Assembly (NCBI GenBank): GCA_964621615.1
Contig: CAZUMW010000003.1
Location: forward strand, 131,619 to 195,618
DNA from: an uncultured Thermodesulfobacteriota bacterium
GTDB lineage: Bacteria > Desulfobacterota > WTBG01 > CAIYCZ01 > CAIRTM01
DNA length: 64,000 nucleotides
Direction: 5' to 3'
The first letter of the stretch is position 1, and every line of letters begins with the position of its first letter. The translations under genes and the position numbers were made by a program. This document shows positions 49,422 through 57,039 of this stretch, one piece after another. The notes under the pieces were generated by a model. It did no database searches. It was given only the letters and a program-made list of their open reading frames with translations, and had not been told where the DNA came from.

Positions 49422-50156
49422 ATGAATCACCGAAAGCGCATAAAAGATTCTGAAACTCCTTGGAAAACCAATGGTTGGGTTCCATTTGCGTTAGTTGAAA
49501 ATGAGGCAGAATTTGAAACGCTGCACAAATACCTACTGCTAGTTGAAGATCATATCAGAGACAAAACTGTGGCATTCGCGAGCAATATAAAGAAGACGAT
49601 AGAAAGACTAGGCCTAAGCGGACAAGATGCTGACTATTACTACGAGTCACATGAAAATGAATATGGCAGATTGCATGAAGCGTATCCCAACATTGCCCGT
49701 GCCACTGTGCTCTCAATGGCTTGTTCAGTTTTTGAAAGTGGACTTACAGAGATTTGCAAGGAGTTCGAAAGGACGGATGATGTGCAAACGACCCGAATCA
49801 AGTGGGATAAAATAAATAATGCAACCGGAATAATCAGAGCAAAAAAATACATCAAAAAAAATTTTGATATTCATTTTAATGAACATCAAGAGTGGCAGGC
49901 AATCCGAGATTATTATAAGGTGCGAGACTGCTTTGTACATGCGAACGGCGATGTATCTCTCATGAAAGAGAAGCAAAGTAAAGATATCGAATCGATTACC
50001 CGAAGAGTACCAGGGGTCACCATAGAATATAAACGTTTAAGGCTAGATAGCCGAAGATTTTTCGACGGTGTCTTTGGGACCATGAGTAGATTTTGGTCAG
50101 ACTTGAGGATAGCATTTCGAGAAAACGAAATTGTTGGTCCCGTTTACTGGGAGTAA
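49422..50156 (+). CDS. Hypothetical protein with HEPN-like Rx4H motif
   Basis: 244 aa, AT-rich codon usage. C-terminal region YYKVRDCFVHANG (K-x-R-D-x-F-V-H). Confidence 0.45.
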   Translation: MNHRKRIKDSETPWKTNGWVPFALVENEAEFETLHKYLLLVEDHIRDKTVAFASNIKKTIERLGLSGQDADYYYESHENEYGRLHEAYPNIARATVLSMACSVFESGLTEICKEFERTDDVQTTRIKWDKINNATGIIRAKKYIKKNFDIHFNEHQEWQAIRDYYKVRDCFVHANGDVSLMKEKQSKDIESITRRVPGVTIEYKRLRLDSRRFFDGVFGTMSRFWSDLRIAFRENEIVGPVYWE

Positions 50157-50250
50157 GAACAGATTTCATAGTCATCATGGAAAAAGAAATAGTCTATCAC
50201 ATTGTTCAGCAGATTGGTGCTTTGTGACTGCAGCTAAGCAACTACGCTAG

Positions 50251-51279
50251 TTGTACAAACAGATTATTATGATCGCAAGAATTTACATACAACTCCCATT
50301 CGCTTTAACAATTCCGGAAAAAGAATCTTATCCAGTTTATGCCTATAAATTAGGTGCTTACAATATCTACTATTTCTTTCCGAAGAGAAGCGAGATGGCA
50401 AATAGATATTCCAGCGCTGACAGCATGAAAATGGACGGTAAGCCCGCAATGAGTGCAGATGTCTTACATATTGATTTCCAGACAAAAAGATTTAACCGAA
50501 AAGTCGATGCACAGGTTGATCCTCCGCCTGAATTGATAGAAGAAATTGCAAACGATTTTTTAGCAAGATTGAGATATGTTACCAATGCAAGCAAAATTAA
50601 ATTGATAAAATTATCTAATTTAAATTGGTCTTGTACATATCTGAAAGATGACGGCACTGAGTTAAGGAAAAATAAGCGCTATATTTGTGGCAGAGGAGTG
50701 AGAAAGTTCGTTTTTTCTTATGTGGCGTTGGATAAACAAATTTGGGAGGATATTCACTCTATTCCTCCGGGTTATGAATTTCCGGTTTGGAAAACGCTAT
50801 TACTTGATGCTGCTTCAATATTACCGGAAACTGGTCCAGCAATCATTTTGACCTTTACAGCATTAGAGGTGTTCATTTCAAAAATATTAGATAGTGTAGC
50901 CAAATATAATAAAATTGATCGGGATTTTTGGGGATGGGTCAATAGCCGAGGTTATTTAAAAGAACCAAGCATTGAGGAGAAATATAATTTTTTATCGCTA
51001 CATATAATTGGGAAATCAATAAAAGAGAATAATGATCTTTGGGAGGCTTTTAAACATCTCCGTAAGGCAAGAAATTCGTTCGCACACACTGGTGTAGCAA
51101 TGATTGGTGATGAACTTGTTACAGAAGAGAAAACCCGTTTTTTTATACGCAAAGCCAAAGAAATAATAGATTTTATAAAAAAAGAAATTCCAGAAGAATT
51201 GCGATGGCTTGAGTTTAAGCATGGAGTACAAATGGAAATTATCCAGGCGTTAAGACAGTCTATGGAAGAAGAGCAGTAA
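50251..51279 (+). CDS. Hypothetical protein with HEPN-like RNx3H motif (Abi-like)
   Basis: 342 aa, AT-rich. C-terminal region HLRKARNSFAHTG (K-x-R-N-x-F-A-H). Size and motif are reminiscent of the Abi_2 (AbiD/AbiF) family. Confidence 0.45.
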   Translation: MYKQIIMIARIYIQLPFALTIPEKESYPVYAYKLGAYNIYYFFPKRSEMANRYSSADSMKMDGKPAMSADVLHIDFQTKRFNRKVDAQVDPPPELIEEIANDFLARLRYVTNASKIKLIKLSNLNWSCTYLKDDGTELRKNKRYICGRGVRKFVFSYVALDKQIWEDIHSIPPGYEFPVWKTLLLDAASILPETGPAIILTFTALEVFISKILDSVAKYNKIDRDFWGWVNSRGYLKEPSIEEKYNFLSLHIIGKSIKENNDLWEAFKHLRKARNSFAHTGVAMIGDELVTEEKTRFFIRKAKEIIDFIKKEIPEELRWLEFKHGVQMEIIQALRQSMEEEQ

Positions 51280-51353
51280 CGTCGCTGCATTTGGGGTTTC
51301 CCCAAGAACAATTCATCACGCCCCGCTTCTCCGGTGAAACGGAGCGTGATAAA

Positions 51354-51575
51354 ATGTCTCGAAAAGATAAAAAATTATGTGAGGTTTGCTGTCGTCTGCG
51401 GAATGATGTGCCTGTGGACAGGTATCACGTTTGTGAAGCCTGTCGCAGAGGCGGCAGCGGCATGCCGCGAAGGCTTTCGGTAGTTACACTGAGCAGGGGC
51501 AAACACTATTTCATCGATAAGCGGCTTAAAGAACTGCGCAATGTCGAAAATCCGCTTGACAAAATTGACCTGTAA
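51354..51575 (+). CDS. Small zinc-ribbon protein
   Basis: 73 aa with CEVCCRL...CEACRRG (CxxC-x13-CxxC). GGAG-cgTGATAAA-ATG leader. The longer ORF from 51291 lacks an SD. Confidence 0.4.
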   Translation: MSRKDKKLCEVCCRLRNDVPVDRYHVCEACRRGGSGMPRRLSVVTLSRGKHYFIDKRLKELRNVENPLDKIDL

Positions 51576-51604
51576 GCCGATTCCTGCCACACAGTCAATA
51601 GTGC

Positions 51605-52132
51605 CTAACGTATCGTGAAATAACAGCCATCCGGGCGCTGAATTTTATCGATCGCGTACACTGATTCCTGCGTCAGTTTCCTGTTCAGCCGTGAAAGCTG
51701 GACCCGCAAAGCAGGTATATCGCGAACATCAAGCCTGCTGTTGTGTGCCGATTCGAGGATTTGTGTGTAATTTTTTTCACCCTGACTCAATATTTTAAAA
51801 AGCCCGAGCTGCTTGGGGTTGAGTATGGTATGGATGTTTTCACTCTGGCGCTTTTTCCTGTCAGCTTCAAGCTTTGCCGGTGCATTTAATGTTATCTCGG
51901 TGAGTTCTTTTTTGAGCTCTGCTATGGTATTTTCCTTTTGCCTGATTTCCGTTTCCCGGTCGTTGAGAAGGCGCTGTGTATATCGCAATTCGGATTCCTT
52001 TTCAATTCTCAATGATATGATTTCCTGTTCCAGCTTCTGTATATTTTCGAACAGATCGCGCGGTGCCAGAAAATAACGGATACTGTTCAGGATGCCCTGT
52101 CTCTTTTCCATCGGTATCACCTTTCGTAACAC
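51605..52132 (-). CDS. Hypothetical coiled-coil protein
   Basis: 175 aa, heptad-rich (EQEIISLRIEKESELRYTQRLLNDRETEIRQKENTIAELKKEL). Confidence 0.4.
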   Translation of the reverse strand: MLRKVIPMEKRQGILNSIRYFLAPRDLFENIQKLEQEIISLRIEKESELRYTQRLLNDRETEIRQKENTIAELKKELTEITLNAPAKLEADRKKRQSENIHTILNPKQLGLFKILSQGEKNYTQILESAHNSRLDVRDIPALRVQLSRLNRKLTQESVYAIDKIQRPDGCYFTIR

Positions 52133-52401
52133 ATGATATCATACATAACGGTACCGCCTGTTTATAAATCTTTTGGTATGTCTCCGGTCGTATCGATGGG
52201 TATTACCTGTGTTGATATGCTGATATATTGTTTTTCATCACGGCTAAAGATTTATTGTCCGGTTCGCTCATCGCGAGCCGGAACATAAATCGTTCCCCCT
52301 GCGGGGTCGCCTGAAAAAGTATATGATCGACTGCACAATACGGGGTTTGTTCAGGGAGCAGCTGTTTTGTGTTTGATGTGATTTCGTGATCGTTTTAACC
52401 C

Positions 52402-52432
52402 CCAAATCTTTTCTCAGGACAGAAAGATTTGG
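52402..52432 (+). promoter_or_regulatory. SD-sequestering leader hairpin (copy A)
   Basis: CCAAATCTTT-tctcaggacag-AAAGATTTGG (10-bp perfect stem). The 3' arm overlaps GGAGG, then ctgataacc-GTG. Confidence 0.5.
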
Positions 52433-52444
52433 AGGCTGATAACC

Positions 52445-52903
52445 GTGAAACAAACCGACATACAATCCGTGCGGATACACAATATGGTGGAATATATAAG
52501 AAACAGCGGCAGGTTCTTATGCGATCTGTATGAGCTTGCAGAGCGGGGGATACAAAACATTCTCAGGGAGGATTTTGATATATACGGGTCCTTCACCGAT
52601 GAGGAGATGGCGGTACTGAAAGAGGATCTTTACAGGATGGCCTTTGACAATGAAATGCGTGAGGCACAGTATCTGTATAGAAGACTGATTCCGTATGATG
52701 AGGGTGAGGATTTGCTTCATTCGTCTCCTGACAACATATATGGAAAGGTTACTACGTACCGGGCCGGTTACAGCTATCCGGTGCAGAGAAGTATCAGAAT
52801 GCTGCCGGTGGTTAGATATCCGTTAAAGGCAGTAAACGGTAAAGAGATGAGTCATTTGGAGCAGACAAATAAGGTGTTAAATGAGCAGCTTGTGGGGGAT
52901 TAG
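52445..52903 (+). CDS. Hypothetical protein
   Basis: 152 aa, GTG start 9 nt after GGAGG. No recognised domain. Confidence 0.4.
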   Translation: MKQTDIQSVRIHNMVEYIRNSGRFLCDLYELAERGIQNILREDFDIYGSFTDEEMAVLKEDLYRMAFDNEMREAQYLYRRLIPYDEGEDLLHSSPDNIYGKVTTYRAGYSYPVQRSIRMLPVVRYPLKAVNGKEMSHLEQTNKVLNEQLVGD

Positions 52904-53095
52904 GATCAGCAGGCTGATGATTGTTTGTTGAGGGAAGGGGTGCCCGGGGAAAATTTTATTGTCCTGAAAAACAAAAAAGTTTTTCAGAATCATAAATTTT
53001 TCCCCTTGGTTTGGGTGGTTGCAACAGAGTGTTTTTTTTAAGGCGGCTGATGATTGTTGTTTGGTGCGTGCGCTTTTGCAGCGGGGTATCAACCC

Positions 53096-53125
53096 CCAAT
53101 TTTTTTATCAAACAGAAAAAATTGG
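53096..53125 (+). promoter_or_regulatory. SD-sequestering leader hairpin (copy B, paralogous to copy A)
   Basis: CCAATTTTTT-tatcaaacag-AAAAAATTGG (10-bp stem). Differs from copy A by compensatory changes. The 3' arm overlaps GGAGG, then ttgataaa-ATG. Confidence 0.5.
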
Positions 53126-53136
53126 AGGTTGATAAA

Positions 53137-53268
53137 ATGGATTATGAAATGCATACAGTTTGTCTTTTTTGCGGGAAATGGCTTGAACCCGAAGAGGAGA
53201 AATCAGGTATTGCTTTTTGTTCTTCCTGTTATGAGATGTACCGGGAAGTTGCCTGGAAGGTTCATTAA
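53137..53268 (+). CDS. Small zinc-ribbon protein
   Basis: 43 aa, MDYEMHTVCLFCGKW...CSSCYEMY (CxxC-x18-CxxC). SD GGAGG 8 nt upstream. Confidence 0.4.
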   Translation: MDYEMHTVCLFCGKWLEPEEEKSGIAFCSSCYEMYREVAWKVH

Positions 53269-53682
53269 GTGGGGAGCAGCTCCCCCCCTTCACCCCCTCA
53301 GGGGGAAATTTCCGCTCCTTTTAGTCGCGCTATTGATATCGCTCGCTTTTTTTATTTTTTGGCTGGTTGTAAAAATAAAAGAGAATCGCGACCGTACGGT
53401 CGTGGTTCGAGCATGAGCGTGAGAAAGAAAGAGATAATATGAATAATACAGAGATATGTTTAAATCGAAGCGGGAAAGCTCCTTGAATTTGATCATAATG
53501 ATCAAATAATTAAATAATTAAAATAGAGATAATAATAATAACTTCTGAATTTGGTTGCCGGTCCTGTATTGTTTGGGGAAGGGCTCATCATGGTGCCCGG
53601 TTTTACCGGGTGCACATGTGAAGGCAATGAAAAGAGGAAAAGGGCCGGATTGCCGCACTTGGCAGGGTCCGGCCCGGCAGGA

Positions 53683-54405
53683 TTAATCACAGATACTGCA
53701 CCCCTTTTTTCTTTCAACCGTACTGCAGAATTCCGGGATAGTCCCGTCAAGAAACATCTCCTTATAGTTCCACACCCGCATCCTGTCCATAAAGAGGGTG
53801 TCGACCGCATACAGTACGATGCCTCCAACCACTTTGAGTATATCCTTTATGGCCGGCGTACCCGGGCAGGGGTTTTTACCGTCATTGATTGCATCGGGCC
53901 TGAAGCAGCCGAAACAGGCTTTGCCCGGCTCCTGCACATACACGTAGCCGGCATTGCCGAGTTCATTCACGGCAGTGAATATGACCGGTATGTTCCGGCG
54001 GTAATAGTAGTCGGAGACAAACACCCTGGCCGCATCATTGTCAACGCCGCATACCGCAACATCACAGCCAATGTCATGGGAGTCGAACCCGGCGGCATCC
54101 TGAAACTTCCAGGGAAAACCATTAAGACGGGTATCTCCAATACCGTCATGAACCAGGTTTTGTGCAAGCTGCACGGCCTTGTTTTTGTACAGATCTTTTT
54201 TGTAGAACCGTTGCCGGTTAAGGTTTGAAAGCTCCACCGTATCGTCATCAAAGATGCTAAGGGAGCCGACCCCCTTCCGGACAAGTCCCTCGCCGATCTC
54301 GCTACCCAGTCCACCGGCACCGATGAGGTTCAGTCTCAGCTTCCTGAATGTGTTCTGGCTGAACCCTTTGATCTTCTCCTGCCGATCGGTTGCCGGGGCC
54401 TCCAT
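53683..54405 (-). CDS. E1-like ubiquitin-activating / ThiF-MoeB family adenylyltransferase
   Basis: LNLIGAGGLGSEIGEGLVRKGVGSLSIFDDDTVELSNLNRQ nucleotide-binding fold. Two CxxC pairs (ACFGCF, GCSICD). Start placed at MEAPATD (54405). The longer frame to 54690 would run antisense-free but overlaps the JAB gene. Confidence 0.7.
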   Translation of the reverse strand: MEAPATDRQEKIKGFSQNTFRKLRLNLIGAGGLGSEIGEGLVRKGVGSLSIFDDDTVELSNLNRQRFYKKDLYKNKAVQLAQNLVHDGIGDTRLNGFPWKFQDAAGFDSHDIGCDVAVCGVDNDAARVFVSDYYYRRNIPVIFTAVNELGNAGYVYVQEPGKACFGCFRPDAINDGKNPCPGTPAIKDILKVVGGIVLYAVDTLFMDRMRVWNYKEMFLDGTIPEFCSTVERKKGCSICD

Positions 54406-54952
54406 CCTGTGCGTTTTCTGCAGCGGCGTTACGGTTAAAAAAACCGGCTGTTGTGAATCTGAAATGTGTGTCGTCAATTTGCTCAACCCCCTTTCCGTAG
54501 ACGTGAATAATAAAGGGTAGATTGTGTGAAAAAAATCTGATCTGCCCGTCTCTGGTAAATATGCCGCCGATGGCATTGTATCCTCCCGCCTCAATCCGTG
54601 CCTGGTAGTCGAGGTCGATACCCGATGGCGATGAGAAATTTCCGGGATGGCTGTGAAAGTGTGCGTGAAGGCGATGGCCGAACATTTCATCCATTGTTAT
54701 AAGGGTTTTTGCCACCGAATTGATATCGGTTTTGACCTGTACGGGGCTCTGAGTTTGCATCTTTACCTGCTGCATATAGTCAAAGGTCCGCATCCAGCCC
54801 ACCCTGATACCGGTGACAAAATGAAAGACTTCATTAGGACCCATTGAGGTTAGGTACCGGTAACACCGGTACAGAAAAAGCGAGCCGGTCATGAAACACA
54901 GAGGCGTTGCAAGCTCATTCTTGCCTTTCTGAAAAACGTTCGGAAAAAACAT
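54302..54952 (-). CDS. JAB/JAMM (MPN+) family metallopeptidase
   Basis: JAMM motif E...HAHFHSHPGNFSSPSGID (H-x-H-x7-S-x2-D). The 3' end overlaps the E1-like gene by ~100 nt in another frame. Confidence 0.7.
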   Translation of the reverse strand: MFFPNVFQKGKNELATPLCFMTGSLFLYRCYRYLTSMGPNEVFHFVTGIRVGWMRTFDYMQQVKMQTQSPVQVKTDINSVAKTLITMDEMFGHRLHAHFHSHPGNFSSPSGIDLDYQARIEAGGYNAIGGIFTRDGQIRFFSHNLPFIIHVYGKGVEQIDDTHFRFTTAGFFNRNAAAENAQDGGPGNRSAGEDQRVQPEHIQEAETEPHRCRWTG

Positions 54953-54973
54953 GGCATACCTCCCCTGGCAGAT

Positions 54974-55354
54974 TTAAAATCCAAAATATATTTCATGTAT
55001 GATTCGTTCTATGTGAATTATCCCCGAATCGATATCCCGCGGCTGCCGGCTGAAGTGAATAAAGAATTTTCCACCGCCTTTATGGTTGTTGAAACATGCA
55101 CCATGTTCGGGATGATCCAGGATTTTTCCGGTTGGTTCATAAATATAGAACCTGAGTTCGGTCGGAAGACGATATTCTTCGATAAGGCCTTGAAAGTCGG
55201 TAAGCAAGGAGATTTTATATCGGCCGTGATAGGAAAACCCCAAACCTCTGGGGCTTCGTATCCAGCCGTTTTCCTCCCAGTAGGGTTTCAGGGACCGCTT
55301 TATCCGCAGCGGTCCGGTCCTGAAAGCCGGGTCGGATTTGATGCGGATGGTCAT
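54974..55354 (-). CDS. Putative E2-like (UBC-fold) protein
   Basis: 127 aa from MTIRIK (strong SD AGGAGG 8 nt upstream). Contains a DHPEHGAC segment resembling the E2 HPN-x-Cys active-site region. Positioned between the Ubl and JAB genes. Confidence 0.4.
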   Translation of the reverse strand: MTIRIKSDPAFRTGPLRIKRSLKPYWEENGWIRSPRGLGFSYHGRYKISLLTDFQGLIEEYRLPTELRFYIYEPTGKILDHPEHGACFNNHKGGGKFFIHFSRQPRDIDSGIIHIERIIHEIYFGF

Positions 55355-55418
55355 AGGGTATCCTCCTTTCAAAAAAAAAGAGGACAGCAGGATGTCGGCA
55401 CTGCTGCCCTCCCATAGA

Positions 55419-55646
55419 TCAGCCGACCATAGCATTGGTGATTGCAAAGAGTTTGGCACCGTCATTAACATGCGGGTACACCACCTCGGTATCGGCAAAC
55501 GGAGGATGTGAGGGACCGAGTGAGAGTTTGTAGCCATAGAGGTTAAGCTGGTGGCAAATATCATATGCTGTTGTGCCGGGTTCTATAGTGATGTCATGGG
55601 GTTCCCCGTCGGTGCTTGCTACCTTGACTGCAAGTCTTTTTGCCAT
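55419..55646 (-). CDS. Putative ubiquitin-like (beta-grasp) protein ending in Gly
   Basis: 75 aa (MAKRLAVKV...AITNAMVG-stop). The size, a Gly immediately before the stop, and the position at the head of the E2-JAB-E1 genes support a Ubl. SD GAGGAG 9 nt upstream. Confidence 0.45.
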   Translation of the reverse strand: MAKRLAVKVASTDGEPHDITIEPGTTAYDICHQLNLYGYKLSLGPSHPPFADTEVVYPHVNDGAKLFAITNAMVG

Positions 55647-55659
55647 GATATGTGTCTCC

Positions 55660-55917
55660 TCAGGATATGGTTTTTTTGATGTTTTCATCCGGTTTGCTGC
55701 CGGTGGAATTGACCAGACCCTGCATTACTTCAGGCCGTTCACCGGTGATCAGATCCTCAAGATCGGTAAGGCTTTTCCACTTCATGGCCTTCAATATCGT
55801 CAGAATCTCAAGCAGTGTCCTGCAGGTTTTCAGATCAATTCCCTTCACTTTTTCCTGCACGATATTTTTGAGAACGATATCGCACAGGTCCTGCTTTTTT
55901 TCATTTTTGCCGGACAT
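55660..55917 (-). CDS. Small hypothetical protein heading the Ubl-E2-JAB-E1 operon
   Basis: 85 aa, Lys-rich and helical. Very strong SD (AGGAGGTG). Its stop is 13 nt before the Ubl start. Confidence 0.4.
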   Translation of the reverse strand: MSGKNEKKQDLCDIVLKNIVQEKVKGIDLKTCRTLLEILTILKAMKWKSLTDLEDLITGERPEVMQGLVNSTGSKPDENIKKTIS

Positions 55918-56338
55918 TTTTCACCTCCTTTCCTTGGCATCGGTTAGGGTTTGTTTTTTATCTGCACACTCATATATTTGTCATGTGCAGGCCCCGATTA
56001 TTTACAAATTTTTTTCATTGGGTCCCGTATGCCGTTGGTTTTACCCGTTAATGTGAAACATGAGCCTGCTGCTTTTACCCTTAGTCCGGTGGCGGATTGA
56101 AAAATTTTCGATTTTTTTGCACAGTAATGATGATTGTCTTTCATATTGATAAACGGGAAGATCTACAGGAAATTTACCGCCAGGATGAAAAAAATATTTT
56201 TTTGTGGTGCCAATGAGGCGCGAATGAGTGAAAACATCTGGGTAGACAGACAGATGCGGGGGCAAAACCGAAAGGTTTATATAGTAGTTGTGTTTTATGG
56301 TTACTATTTCCAGGTAATAAAATAAGCGGGGTGATTAT

Positions 56339-56848
56339 ATGAGTCTGACACCGGAAACCATGCTTTCATACTTTGATGTGAAATACGTATATACCGGGAC
56401 ATACACACCGATAAAGGCGCAGTACGGGTCACCACTCGGCCCGGACCGGTATGCCGGCGGTTATGCCGGATCCGTGTCGGCCGCTGCGGACCCCCTGGAG
56501 CAGATCATGGGCGAAAAGAAGCAGCTTCTGCAGTCAAAAATCGAGATGCTTCTTGCCGGTATTGAGCAGCGAAGGAAGATCAAACAGGACAATATGTACC
56601 GCATCGATCTTGATTCCTGCGATGTTAACACCATGATCTTTCAGCTGCCGCCTTACCGGAAATACGGCATTGACCGGGAACGCTTGACGCTTGAGCGAAT
56701 GAAAAAGGATCTTGAAAAACAAAGAAGGGCGGAAGAAGTAAATTATTTTCGGGATCTGTCATTTATGCAAAAAGATCTGATCGAGACCGCCATACAGTAC
56801 CTTGGCGAGCAGAACAAACAACGGATACTGTCGGCGTCGGAGGAATAA
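56339..56848 (+). CDS. Hypothetical protein (first gene of the nuclease/ATPase operon)
   Basis: 169 aa, no recognised domain. Followed 2 nt later by the next gene. Confidence 0.4.
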   Translation: MSLTPETMLSYFDVKYVYTGTYTPIKAQYGSPLGPDRYAGGYAGSVSAAADPLEQIMGEKKQLLQSKIEMLLAGIEQRRKIKQDNMYRIDLDSCDVNTMIFQLPPYRKYGIDRERLTLERMKKDLEKQRRAEEVNYFRDLSFMQKDLIETAIQYLGEQNKQRILSASEE

Positions 56849-56850
56849 CC

Positions 56851-57039
56851 ATGTATGTAACAGAAGATGATATAAAAAAACTTTTATATGAACCGCTTGA
56901 ATTTGCAAGCAGAATGGAAACCGCTGAGATTGATTACGTACTGGAGAAATTTTTGGACGTACGCACTGTAAAATATAAATACCAGGAGGACTTTATGAAA
57001 TCAAAATGGCAAAAAGAATACAATCCCCTTCATCGATAA
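56851..57039 (+). CDS. Small hypothetical protein
   Basis: 62 aa, acidic N-terminus. Overlaps the start of the nuclease gene. Confidence 0.35.
   Translation: MYVTEDDIKKLLYEPLEFASRMETAEIDYVLEKFLDVRTVKYKYQEDFMKSKWQKEYNPLHR

Noticed and set aside
53269-53682. 71-aa minus-strand ORF and G/C palindromes (GGGGAGCAGCTCCCC, CCCCCTCAGGGGG) between the zinc-ribbon gene and the E1 gene
   Set aside because: The ORF is AT-rich and low-complexity with no SD. The palindromes probably act as convergent transcription terminators, but they lack clear U-runs so I did not call them as features.
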